NCBI GenBank assembly: GCA_965219415.1
Contig: OZ244742.1
Location: forward strand, 1,216,001-1,280,000
Origin: Candidatus Marinacidobacterales bacterium
GTDB taxonomy: Bacteria; Acidobacteriota; Vicinamibacteria; Marinacidobacterales; DATDRI01
Direction: 5' to 3'
Length of the DNA: 64,000 nucleotides
Shown: positions 42,116-51,700 of the stretch, piece by piece
How the letters are laid out: each line of letters starts with the position of its first letter
Numbering within the stretch: the stretch's first letter is position 1
Program-made: the position numbers and the translations under genes
Notes under the pieces: generated by a model
Seen by the model: the letters and a program-made list of their open reading frames with translations, nothing else
The model's database searches: none
Told to the model about the DNA's origin: nothing

Positions 42116-43990
42116 CTACACCCACTCTTGTTCAGTCGCCGTGGTCACATCGGGCTGCGCAGGAACGTTCAAAATAAACGTCGTGCCGTCCCCGGGTGAG
42201 GATTTCACGTCCACCTCGCCGTTGTGGCACACCGCAATCTTCTGCACGATCGAAAGCCCGAGGCCGGTACCCTCTGACTTCGTAGTGAAGAAGGGTGAAA
42301 AGATGCGAGGAAGATCCTCTTCTTGAATGCCAGGACCGTTGTCCGACACACGTACGAAGGCCACCCCGTTACGACCTCCGGCTTCCAGCCGGACCTCACC
42401 CGCTTCGCCACGCTCATTTCCTGACGCCGCCTCGATGGCGTTGAGCACAAGGTTGGAGACCGCCTTTCTGAGGAGCATCTCATCGGCCTCCACCGTTAGT
42501 TGTACTTTCGCAGCGTTGGCCTGTGGCTCGAGGTCGCGGGACAGATCTCGGGCCATTTCCGCCATATCGAAAGGCACCGCACGCAGGGTTTCCGGCCGTG
42601 CGAATTGGAGAAACTCCGTCACCACTCGATTGAGCGACGAACACTCCTCGACCAACGCGTCAACGACCGTATTGTCTTCCTCAGAAGACACCGATTGCCC
42701 CAGGAGCTTGGCGTTACCAAGCATAGTGGCCAGACTGTTGCGAAACTCATGGGCGATTCCGGCCGCCATCTCGCCGAGACGCGCCAAATTCTCCTTGATG
42801 AAGAGTCTCTGACGAAGCTCGATGACTTCGGTTAAGTCGGCGAAAAGACAGAGCGCACCTCGTACTTTTCCTTCCGTCGACGGAAGTGATAGCACGCTCG
42901 TCCCTAGATGGATCGACTCGCCGGACTGGCGTCGGTAGTCCACACGCCGTCGAAGCGACTGCGATCCCTCGGCGAGCGCTCGAGCCATCCATTCGGCAAG
43001 TACCTCAGAGCCAGGAAAGGCTTCCTGAAAACACTTTCCTTGAAGCGACTGCGCGTCCACACCGAAGATTCTCTCCGCCGCCGGATTCACCACGGTGACT
43101 CGACCAGTATCGTCGAGGCTGACAAGACCGGTGGTCATACTACGGATAATGTCGGTGGCCAGGGCCTCGGTCTCATCCGCCCGTGCCTTCTCCATTCGAT
43201 GCATCTCGGCGAGCTGCTTCTCCTTTTCTTTCAGCTTCGCTACGACATCTTGGAAGGTGGAGAGAAGAAACTGGCCTTCGTCCGCGGAAGCTGAAGTGGA
43301 CGTTAGATCTCCCGCTACCGAGCGGGCTTCCGCTAGGAGCCGGCGGTGAGGGGCCAGGAGACCATTGAGAAAAAGCACCAGAGTCAGTAGGACCAGGCTG
43401 AGTGCCGAGACCTGGTAGACGAGCGTGGAGCGGAAACCCCGATTCGCTTCCGCCAGCGACGACGCGGAAAACTGTAGGCGGAGCACCCCTCGTTCGGTCC
43501 CGTCCGGATACTTTAGGGCGAGGTAGCCGAATGCGGTAGCACTCTCCGGCTGGTAAGCGGGGGAGACCTCGGTCATGCTCCACCCGCGATCGACGAGCTG
43601 ATACTTCCCCACCCGATCCAATCGATCGAAATCGAGCACATCTGAGAGTCGACAGTCGGACGAGCCGGCGAGGATCCTTCCGTTCCAATCCAAGAGACAA
43701 GCAGAGCCAGCGCCGTGTTTTTCCGCTAGCTCTTGGAGAAGCTTGGACAGGGCTGCCGATACCCGGAATCGATCGGCACCGGCGGAGTTCCCGGTTGTTG
43801 CCAGCAGGCCCGCCAGACGGGAGGCCATGAGCTCCGCCTTCGACCGAGCGGCCTCATCGAAGGCAGTGGTGAGAATTTTGCGCGACGTGTGCGAGAAGTG
43901 CAGACTCTGACTGTTGACGATGACCAGGACGATGATCAGGAACGCCAGAAACAGCCGGACCCGATTCTCGTGAGAAACAAAGTCAGCCAC
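42116..43990 (-). CDS. PAS-domain sensor histidine kinase
   Basis: Two TMs, PAS, AHEFRNSL, NLVLNA, DNGPG, FFTTK, GTGLGL. Confidence 0.92.
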   Translation of the reverse strand: MADFVSHENRVRLFLAFLIIVLVIVNSQSLHFSHTSRKILTTAFDEAARSKAELMASRLAGLLATTGNSAGADRFRVSAALSKLLQELAEKHGAGSACLLDWNGRILAGSSDCRLSDVLDFDRLDRVGKYQLVDRGWSMTEVSPAYQPESATAFGYLALKYPDGTERGVLRLQFSASSLAEANRGFRSTLVYQVSALSLVLLTLVLFLNGLLAPHRRLLAEARSVAGDLTSTSASADEGQFLLSTFQDVVAKLKEKEKQLAEMHRMEKARADETEALATDIIRSMTTGLVSLDDTGRVTVVNPAAERIFGVDAQSLQGKCFQEAFPGSEVLAEWMARALAEGSQSLRRRVDYRRQSGESIHLGTSVLSLPSTEGKVRGALCLFADLTEVIELRQRLFIKENLARLGEMAAGIAHEFRNSLATMLGNAKLLGQSVSSEEDNTVVDALVEECSSLNRVVTEFLQFARPETLRAVPFDMAEMARDLSRDLEPQANAAKVQLTVEADEMLLRKAVSNLVLNAIEAASGNERGEAGEVRLEAGGRNGVAFVRVSDNGPGIQEEDLPRIFSPFFTTKSEGTGLGLSIVQKIAVCHNGEVDVKSSPGDGTTFILNVPAQPDVTTATEQEWV

Positions 43991-44003
43991 AACTAAGTGT
44001 GCG

Positions 44004-44810
44004 CTAAAAGAGGTTGAAGTACCAATCGATCAGCGGGGGCCCGGCGAACAGCGTGCCCACCGCGGCCACGCCGAGAAAAGTCCCGAAGGGAAGTGCGGTC
44101 TTGAGGTCCTTTCCGCGTGTGACCATGAGCGCTACGCCGACCAGAGATCCCAAGAGCGAGCCGAAGAAGATGGTGAGCAGAACACCTTTCCAACCGACGA
44201 AGGCCCCCACCATGGCCATCATCTTCACGTCCCCCATTCCAAGCCCTTCGACCTTTCTTACCTTGAAATAGACCTCGGCCACGACATAGAGTAGGCCGGC
44301 TCCCAGCGCCGCTCCTGTCAAGGCCTGGGTTACGTTGATGGGCTCACGAATTGATGCCAAAAGGAGACCGACAAGAGCTCCGGGTATGGTTATGACGTTG
44401 GGGAGTATTCGATGATCGTAATCGATGAATACCAGGGCGACCATCGCCGCAACGAATGCGAACTCGACTCCGTACTCGACTCCGAAGCCGTGGCGTAGGT
44501 ACGCGATCAGAGAGGCGGCAGCCACCAACAGCTCTACTAAGGGGTAGCGGATCGAGATCGGAGCTTTGCAATGTCGACACCGACCCCAGAGCAACAGATA
44601 GCTCAGGACCGGAATGTTGTCATAGGGCGCGATCGGTTTCTTGCACTTGGGGCACGCCGAGGGCGGAAAAACAACCGACTCATCCCGAGGCAAACGGTGA
44701 ATGAGCACGTTGACGAAGCTGCCCCAAATGAGCCCGAAGAGAGTGATCAATAAAGGTCCCAACCAAGGGAGGTCCCTGAAGGTCGAGATGTTCGCGATGA
44801 GCAGGCTCAC
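44004..44810 (-). CDS. pilD: Prepilin peptidase
   Basis: GSFVNVLIHRLP, CPKC/CRHC, YDNIP, GMGDVK, PFGTFL. Confidence 0.95.
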   Translation of the reverse strand: MSLLIANISTFRDLPWLGPLLITLFGLIWGSFVNVLIHRLPRDESVVFPPSACPKCKKPIAPYDNIPVLSYLLLWGRCRHCKAPISIRYPLVELLVAAASLIAYLRHGFGVEYGVEFAFVAAMVALVFIDYDHRILPNVITIPGALVGLLLASIREPINVTQALTGAALGAGLLYVVAEVYFKVRKVEGLGMGDVKMMAMVGAFVGWKGVLLTIFFGSLLGSLVGVALMVTRGKDLKTALPFGTFLGVAAVGTLFAGPPLIDWYFNLF

Positions 44811-44849
44811 CTTGAACCCGATCGTCTTCCCAATGGCGGAGGTGTTCAG

Positions 44850-45767
44850 CTACCGATCCGGCAGTGCAGAGAGGAAAGAGTCTTCGGAGACTTCCGCCTT
44901 CTCGTCGCGGGGGTTCAAAACGTACGGCACACCGATGGGGTCCACAGGCACTCGCCGCAAGTAGCGGGCTTCGACCAGCGCCCGCCAGCTTTCCGGAAAT
45001 TGTCCAAACTGTTCTTTGTATTTTCGGGCAAGCTTCGTTAAGACCTCTATCTGATCCAGTGCGTCGAGCTGCTGCAGATGGATCTCGGCGTTGGCCTGCA
45101 TTTGGCTGTTCTCTGCGGTCTCGTAGAGTATTTTCCACAATTCCCGCGCCGTTTCGCGCTCTCCACCGCGTGCCAACGTCCGTCCGGCCGTGGCCACCAT
45201 CCAATAGGGTGCACCCGGAAGCTCGCTGCCCTCGAGAAAGATCTCGGCGGCGGTCTTGTAGTCTTTGAGAACCCAGAAATAAATGAAGCCCTTGTCCAAG
45301 TAAAAGCGCCAATAGTCGGGGTTGTTCTCGATTCCCTTGTCGATCAGGTTCAGGCCTTTGAGCGGCACACCCGCTCCCGTCGGCCAGGGCTCGGACAGCA
45401 AGGTCGCGCCGTAGGTGTAGGCGACATTCAGATGCGGGTCGAGAGTGGTGGTAATGTCGAGCAGCGGCTCGAGCAACTCGAATCTCTTATCCTGAGAATA
45501 AAGGCGCTGCCCGCCAAAGTACTGAACGGCCCGGAGCCAGTATAGGTCGGCGGCCACGCTCTCGAAGCCCAAAAGCACCTTCTTGAGAGTCTCTCCGTCC
45601 TCGACATAGAGGATTTCCTCGGTGGCGCGGTACTCGCCGAACCCGTCGTCGATGGCGACCTGGAGAAGCCAGACCGCGACAAAGAGCTGGGAGAGAACCG
45701 CGAGAAGGAGGAAGCCTTGGGATCGCCCGAGGGGGCTCGACGGCGCCTTATCTGTCACCTCGGTCAC
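44850..45767 (-). CDS. Pilus-associated TPR-like membrane protein (PilG/XapA-like)
   Basis: ADLYWLRAVQYFG, TTLDP, PVDPIG; follows the pilin ABC genes. Confidence 0.65.
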   Translation of the reverse strand: MTEVTDKAPSSPLGRSQGFLLLAVLSQLFVAVWLLQVAIDDGFGEYRATEEILYVEDGETLKKVLLGFESVAADLYWLRAVQYFGGQRLYSQDKRFELLEPLLDITTTLDPHLNVAYTYGATLLSEPWPTGAGVPLKGLNLIDKGIENNPDYWRFYLDKGFIYFWVLKDYKTAAEIFLEGSELPGAPYWMVATAGRTLARGGERETARELWKILYETAENSQMQANAEIHLQQLDALDQIEVLTKLARKYKEQFGQFPESWRALVEARYLRRVPVDPIGVPYVLNPRDEKAEVSEDSFLSALPDR

Positions 45768-45970
45768 GAGCTCATCTCGTCCCCGGCCTTCGCCAAGGCC
45801 ACGAGGTCCTCCACTTGTTGGTCGGTGAGCCCACCCATGACGTTCTCTTCGACCGTACCGCCGGGAGCGACCACGATACCGCGGTGCCTTCCGCTCTGCC
45901 GGATGTAGAGCTCGATCCCCCCTACCGCAAGGAGGAAGAGCGCTACTGCCAGCCAGCGCTTTCCCTTCAC
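45764..45970 (-). CDS. Small membrane protein
   Basis: 68 aa, one N-terminal TM; stop overlaps the next start. Confidence 0.5.
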   Translation of the reverse strand: MKGKRWLAVALFLLAVGGIELYIRQSGRHRGIVVAPGGTVEENVMGGLTDQQVEDLVALAKAGDEMSS

Positions 45971-45983
45971 GTAGAACCGACTC

Positions 45984-46751
45984 CTACTTGAGATTCCGGC
46001 GATTGAACACCACCGCCGCTATAATGAGCAAAATCGCGATGTAAATCACGCCATACGCGGTCGAGTAACCGAGCATCGTCAACGGAACCGCATCGCCTGC
46101 GACGACCCGAGACTTGACGTCGAAGTTTCGGAGGTTTGGCACCACGTAATAAACGACCTGGGTCAATTGCGGCAAAAATCCCGACTCGACAACCGTATCG
46201 AGATGCTTGAGCTCGGTCGAGAAATGCCCCACCACGTAAAAGAATCCGGTAAAGACCGCGCTCAGAATAGACGAAGTGAACGTACTAAACAGAAGGGCCA
46301 GAGCTGTGATAAGCGCCATCTCGAAGTAGAGGAGGTAGATGGCCTTCAACAGCGCCGGTTCGAAGCTGCGGGTCATGGCGAACAAAAGCGCATAGAGCCC
46401 GGCCGTCATGATCGCCACGTTCACCGCGAGCGTTAGGCAGAGTCCGAAATATTTCCCCAGAATGAAATGAACCCGAGAGATCGGTTTCGGTAACAGCGAG
46501 TAGAGGGTGCGTTTGTCCATCTCCTTCGAGACCAGGCCGATCCCGATAAAAATGGCGATCACCGAACCAAAGACGGCGATCGCTGCGAGCCCCAGATCCT
46601 TGATGATCTTGACTTCCTGGTAGACGGAGATCTGTCCCAACACGTAGGAGCAGGCGATCATGATGAGCGCGAAGAGGATCAGGTTGTAGAGCACCTTATC
46701 GCGGACCGTTTCCCGGTAGGTGTTCAGCGAGATGAAGGCGATCTTACTCAT
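45984..46751 (-). CDS. ABC transporter permease (PilI-like)
   Basis: ETVRDKVLY, EMDKRTLY..PKPISR..FILGK. Confidence 0.85.
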   Translation of the reverse strand: MSKIAFISLNTYRETVRDKVLYNLILFALIMIACSYVLGQISVYQEVKIIKDLGLAAIAVFGSVIAIFIGIGLVSKEMDKRTLYSLLPKPISRVHFILGKYFGLCLTLAVNVAIMTAGLYALLFAMTRSFEPALLKAIYLLYFEMALITALALLFSTFTSSILSAVFTGFFYVVGHFSTELKHLDTVVESGFLPQLTQVVYYVVPNLRNFDVKSRVVAGDAVPLTMLGYSTAYGVIYIAILLIIAAVVFNRRNLK

Positions 46752-47692
46752 GGTCTCTCGACTCCGGTGGCGGCCACTTCACGGACGAAATACTCCTCGA
46801 GTGTCTGACGAACAGGTTGCACCGAAACGAGACGCGCTCCGTTCGACTGCACCATGCTCAGAACCTTATCCAGAACCTCCTCGCCTCCCAGTTCCAACTT
46901 GATGCTCTCACCTAACCGGTGCAGGCGAGACGCGATGGCGCCGAGCTCTTGCTCCAATCCGTTGGAGACATTCCCCAAAACGACTTCTATCGTCAGCGAC
47001 AGGTCAAGGATTTCCGAGAGCTTGCCTTCCCTGACCTTCTTCCCGTGGTTCAAGATCGCGACCCGGTCGCACAAGGCCTCGACGTCGGGGAGGATGTGCG
47101 AGCAGAAGAGAACGGTAACCCCTTCGTTCTTGAGCTCTCGAACGAGCACTGTCATGTCGCGCCGCCCCATGGGGTCGAGGCCCGACATAGGCTCGTCCAG
47201 GAAAACGATACGCGGCCGGTTGAGCAGAGCCTGTGCCACACCGAGTCGTTGCGTCATCCCCTTGGAGTACTCGCGAAGTTGAGAATCTCCCGCCGCTGTC
47301 AGACCCACTCGTTGAAGCAAGTCGTTCGTTCTGCGGAGGCGCTCGCCGCGCCCGAGGCCAAAGAGTTGCCCGAAGTAGTTCAGCAACTCCCGACCGGTCA
47401 AATAGTCGTAAAAATAGGGCTGCTCGGGGAGATAACCGATCTGTGCCTTCATGGTGAGATCATGGAGAGGCTTGCCGAGAATCTTGGCCCGCCCCTCGGT
47501 CGAGAATACCAGCCCCATCAGAAGCTTGAGCGTGGTGGTCTTCCCGGCACCATTGGGACCGATCAAACCGAAGATCTCGCCTTGGTCTATGCTGAGGGAG
47601 AGATTGTCGAGGGCCCGCTTCGTCTTTCGGGAGAACGGGCCCACGGGATAGTCCTTCGTCAAACCATCGATTTCGACATCGGTCATGCGCAC
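46748..47692 (-). CDS. ABC transporter ATP-binding protein (PilH-like)
   Basis: GPNGAGKTT, YSKGM, LDEPMSGLDP. Confidence 0.92.
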   Translation of the reverse strand: MRMTDVEIDGLTKDYPVGPFSRKTKRALDNLSLSIDQGEIFGLIGPNGAGKTTTLKLLMGLVFSTEGRAKILGKPLHDLTMKAQIGYLPEQPYFYDYLTGRELLNYFGQLFGLGRGERLRRTNDLLQRVGLTAAGDSQLREYSKGMTQRLGVAQALLNRPRIVFLDEPMSGLDPMGRRDMTVLVRELKNEGVTVLFCSHILPDVEALCDRVAILNHGKKVREGKLSEILDLSLTIEVVLGNVSNGLEQELGAIASRLHRLGESIKLELGGEEVLDKVLSMVQSNGARLVSVQPVRQTLEEYFVREVAATGVERP

Positions 47693-47814
47693 TTCCTCGA
47701 AAACTGTCAGAACTTGTAGGTTTCTACGTTGTTTCTGAAACTGCTTCGCGCCGAGCCTTCGCGGGAGCGAAAGCTAGCGTCTTCGTAGAGAGGCGGACTC
47801 CTTCTTAGCGACGT

Positions 47815-48361
47815 CTAATCCAGAGTGAACGTTCCCGAGGGAATCGGACAAGCAATGGGGTTCCCTGCCTGGTCAAAGTAAATCGCGCCTGCCGGCGTGC
47901 CCGAGTAGGCCCGCACGCCGGTCAGCCCCATGTTGATTGGTACGGAATGGTAGCAGAAATCGAATAATGATCCGGGATCGCATCTCGCCGTATCCTGTCC
48001 CGCGGCTGGATTCGTCAAATAGTCCCTGGTGCACCCCCTCTTACTGTATGGCGTCGTTCGACCTGTATGGCGTCGTTCGACCGAGGTCCCGCCCCAAGAA
48101 CGCAGGCGCGGCCGTTGGATATCCCGGGATGCAGACCGAGTCGTCGGTCATGCAGACCAAAGACGCAGCGAACAGGCCGCAATTGCTCGAAGCATAAGTG
48201 ACCGCAGCGGAAATGACGGTTCGGGTATCCCCAATGACCCGGGCTTCGTTAGCCGCGACGCGGGCGCGAAGAAGGCTGGGGATGGCGATTGCGGCGATGA
48301 TACCGATGATGGCTACGACGATAAGAAGTTCGATGAGTGTGAATCCGTTTCTCTCTTTCAT
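47815..48361 (-). pseudogene. Second type IV pilin, frameshifted by a 19-bp tandem duplication
   Basis: GFTLIELLIVVAIIG; CTGTATGGCGTCGTTCGAC twice at 48044-48081; removal gives 175 aa colinear with pilin 1. Confidence 0.88.
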
Positions 48362-48459
48362 CGTGGCCCCCTCATCCATCCGCCAGAAGAAGTTGGAGGA
48401 AAGGGTGGCTAACACAGCCACCCTTTCCTCTCGGGGCTGCTACTCGCTGCTACTCGCTG

Positions 48460-49005
48460 CTACTCGAGGAAGAGCGAGCTGCTGTCAGCCGGGCAAGCCA
48501 CCTGAGCACCATCCGGCGTGATATAGATGGCTCCCGTCGCGGAACCCATGAAACCCCGCACACCAGTGAGCCCCATGTTGGTCGGAGTCGAGTGGTAGCA
48601 GTAGTCCGTCTCGCTACTGCCGTCGCAGCGCAGGCTGTCAAACCCGCTCGGGGACGTTCCAACAGCTTGCCATTCCCGGTCGTAACCAGACTTCTGGTAG
48701 GTCGAGTTCCTTCCGAGGTCGCCACCCACGAACTCAGGCGCTGCCGTCGGATAGTTCGGAATTCCCACACCGGCGCAGTCTCCGCCGTTCCGGCACAGGT
48801 TGATCAGGTCAGAGAAGAACCCGCAGTTGGCAGAAGCGTAGGTCTGCTCTGCCGAGATGACCGACCGGGTGTCCCCGATGGCCTGCGCTTCGTTCGCGGA
48901 GACGCGAGCACGAAGCAAACTGGGAATGGCGATGGCGGCAATAATGCCGATAATCGCCACGACGATCAACAGCTCGATCAGCGTGAATCCCTTCCGATTT
49001 CTCAT
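48460..49005 (-). CDS. pilA: Type IV major pilin
   Basis: KG|FTLIELLIVVAIIGIIAAIAIP; six Cys; own sigma54 promoter. Confidence 0.9.
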   Translation of the reverse strand: MRNRKGFTLIELLIVVAIIGIIAAIAIPSLLRARVSANEAQAIGDTRSVISAEQTYASANCGFFSDLINLCRNGGDCAGVGIPNYPTAAPEFVGGDLGRNSTYQKSGYDREWQAVGTSPSGFDSLRCDGSSETDYCYHSTPTNMGLTGVRGFMGSATGAIYITPDGAQVACPADSSSLFLE

Positions 49006-49143
49006 TTGTAGCTCCTTTTCCCTTGCTTACCCCATCCAAGGGGTCGATTGTGTTTGTGCCTGCCCTTCTTGTGTCGTTTCCGGCTTTGATGCTCAGTTGT
49101 GAATCGACTTACCCGGGGCGAGGCAAGTTCGCTGGGAACTATA

Positions 49144-49158
49144 GCAACCCATGTGCCA
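49144..49158 (-). promoter_or_regulatory. Sigma54 promoter of the pilin gene
   Basis: TGGCAC-ATGGG-TTGC, consensus match. Confidence 0.85.
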
Positions 49159-49387
49159 GGAGGTCCGCCAACCAAGCCTCGACGATAAATCCCTCTAACC
49201 TATTTTTTTGAGTAACTTGAGCCGCCTGCCCTGTCCACGTCACGGTCAGTCGGATAGGAAGACGATAGCGGACTTGCCATTTTTTGTCAACGCGCGAATG
49301 GCAAAAATTAGAAGGGGTGAGAGCCCCGCAGGCCCGTATTCGCAAGGGAAGAAAAAGCGAAACAGGCTATCCGGAGGCGCAGAGAAC

Positions 49388-49834
49388 CTACGCGGTTTCC
49401 TGGCGCCGCTCGAGCAGCGCGGCTCGCAGCACCACCAGGCCGGCCAACAACAACACGACATCTTGCGCAACCGTCATCGCCCCGATACTCCTTCCTTCTC
49501 CGGAAGTGCTGAAGCAACCGCAATCGAGGTTCACGCCACGATAGAGGTTCACGGAAATCGCGGCGATGAAAAGCACGAGAAGCGCGCTCAGGAGAAGCGA
49601 GCTCTCCCTTTTGAAGACACCAATGATGAGTGCGAGCCCTGCGAACAGCTCCATCCACGGCAGACTCATCGCGAATAGGTTTGAAGCCACCACCGGCAAC
49701 ATCTGGTAGTTGTATACTTGTTTGGCGAAAGCGGCGGGGTGTTGGATCTTATCGATGCTGGCGTAAATGAACACCGCGCCCAGTACCAGCCGGCACGCCA
49801 GCACCAACCAGCGATTGTCAAGTAGCTTCTTCAT
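49388..49834 (-). CDS. MauE/DoxX family membrane protein
   Basis: RLVLGAVFIYASIDK, LPWMEL, DCGCF. Confidence 0.88.
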   Translation of the reverse strand: MKKLLDNRWLVLACRLVLGAVFIYASIDKIQHPAAFAKQVYNYQMLPVVASNLFAMSLPWMELFAGLALIIGVFKRESSLLLSALLVLFIAAISVNLYRGVNLDCGCFSTSGEGRSIGAMTVAQDVVLLLAGLVVLRAALLERRQETA

Positions 49835-50322
49835 TCGTTGTTCTCCACCTCAGAAGGCAGCCCGTCTTCGCTCCACTCCGGCCACCCGCCTTCGTAAACA
49901 TAAACGCGTCGGTACCCTTTCTCGGTCAGCTTTTCCGCCAGCGCGGTGCTTTCTTCACATCCAAACCCACTGCAATAACAGACGATCTCTTCGTCAGGAG
50001 AGGGCAAGCGATCCTTGACTCGAGCGAAAGCCGCATCGAACTCCATGACGGGTAACGAAATGGCACCCGCGATGTGTCCTTCGTAAAGATAGAAGTCCTC
50101 CGCTCTCGCATCCACGAAGATGACGCCTTGATCCCACTTCTTCTTGGCTTGCGGGGTGTCTAGAAACCAAGACGCGCCCAGCTCACTTACCGCTTGCAGA
50201 GGATGCTGACCGATACCGATCCCCTCGGGAGAGATACGATTATGGATGAGACCAACCGCGGTCGCGCAGGCAACGATTACCCCCGCTCCCAGAATCGTCT
50301 TTCCCCAAAACGACACGTTCAC
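49831..50322 (-). CDS. Membrane-anchored rhodanese-like protein
   Basis: FVDAR, GHIAGA, YCSGFGC, YEGGWPEW. Confidence 0.88.
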   Translation of the reverse strand: MNVSFWGKTILGAGVIVACATAVGLIHNRISPEGIGIGQHPLQAVSELGASWFLDTPQAKKKWDQGVIFVDARAEDFYLYEGHIAGAISLPVMEFDAAFARVKDRLPSPDEEIVCYCSGFGCEESTALAEKLTEKGYRRVYVYEGGWPEWSEDGLPSEVENNE

Positions 50323-51700
50323 CTCAGATCGTATTTCTGAAGAAGATAGCGAAAGGAGCGAAGATTCATGTGTAGGAACTTGGCGGCTCGGGTTTGCACT
50401 CCCCCCGCCCGCTCCAGGGCGAGCGATAGCAGACGCCGTTCAATACCTCCGATGTGGTCATGGAAATCCAGCCCGTCCTCTGGGAGCTCGACGAGTCCCT
50501 CTCCGTCGGCCGCCGCGATCGCCGCGGTGCTGCCTTCCTGAATCTTCTCCGGCAGCCTCTCCGGCAGAATGACCTGCGAAGGCTCGAGCGCCACCGCACG
50601 CTCGATGACGTTCTCGAGCTCTCGCACGTTACCTGGCCAGTCGCATCGGGTCATGAGCTCCATGGCTTCATCGGAGATCTTCGCAATGCGTTTGTTCATA
50701 TCCTTATTGGCCTTCGTCAAAAAATGTTCCGCCAACATTGGGATGTCGTCTCGGCCGTTCTCGGAGCGGGACCATGTGAAGGGGATGACGTTCAGGCGGT
50801 AAAAGAGATCTTCACGGAAGGTCTTTTCCCCCACCATTCTCTCGAGGTCCTTGTTGCTGGCGGCGATGATCCGAACGTCAACCTCGATCTCCTCAGTAGA
50901 GCCGATACGGCGGATTCTCTTGTCCTGCAGGACTCGCAGCAGCTTCACTTGCATCGCTGGGCTCATCTCGCCGATCTCATCGAGAAAGATGCTCCCGGTA
51001 TGAGCCACTTCGAACAGGCCCTTGTGGTTGGCATGCGCGCCGGTAAAGGACCCCCTGAGATGACCGAATAGCTCACTCTCCAGCAGGGTCTCGGGTACCG
51101 CCCCGCAGTTGACGGAAACGAAAGGATCCGACTCCCGCGTGCTGTTCCCGTGGATGGCACGGGCGGCGAGCTCCTTCCCGGTGCCGCTCTCCCCGGTAAT
51201 GAGGATGGTGCTGTTGGTAGGAGCTACGGACTTGATCAAATCGAAGAGCTTGATCATCTTGGAGCTCCGCCCGAGCATCGCACCGAGGCCGTGCTTCTTG
51301 CGAAGCGTCCGCTTGAGGCTTACGACTTCCTCGGTCAGTTGCTGCTTTTCGAGTGCGTTTCTGATGGTGACTTTGAGCTCGTCGATCTTGAAGGGTTTCG
51401 CAATGTAGTCGTAGGCGCCCAGGCGCAACGCTTCCACCGCAGTTTCAGCGGACGAATAGGCGGTGATCATGATTACTGGGGTTCCCGGCGCGGATTGCTT
51501 CACTGCTCACAGGACGTCGACACCACTCATGTCGGGCATTTTGATGTCGGAAATGACCAGATCATAGGCAGCCTTCGAGAATGCCTCCACCGCCTTTTGC
51601 CCCGACTCCGCCATCGTTACCCGATAGCCCCCTTGCGAAGAGTTATCTCCAGAAGCTGGCGCATGGAAGTCTCGTCGTCGACCACCAGAATGCGGTTCAA
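50319..51700 (-). pseudogene. pilR: PilR-like sigma54 response regulator, disrupted
   Basis: TTG start NRILVVDDE; frameshift near 51630; in-frame TGA at 51507; GESGTGKE, GSFTGA. Confidence 0.85.

Noticed and set aside
48460-49005. Electrically conductive (e-pilin) candidate
   Set aside because: Long pilin with a full globular domain; no supporting cytochrome context in the window
16384-51509. Alternative genetic code explaining the in-frame TGA/TAG codons
   Set aside because: TGA and TAG terminate many intact genes here, and the affected genes or operons also have indels
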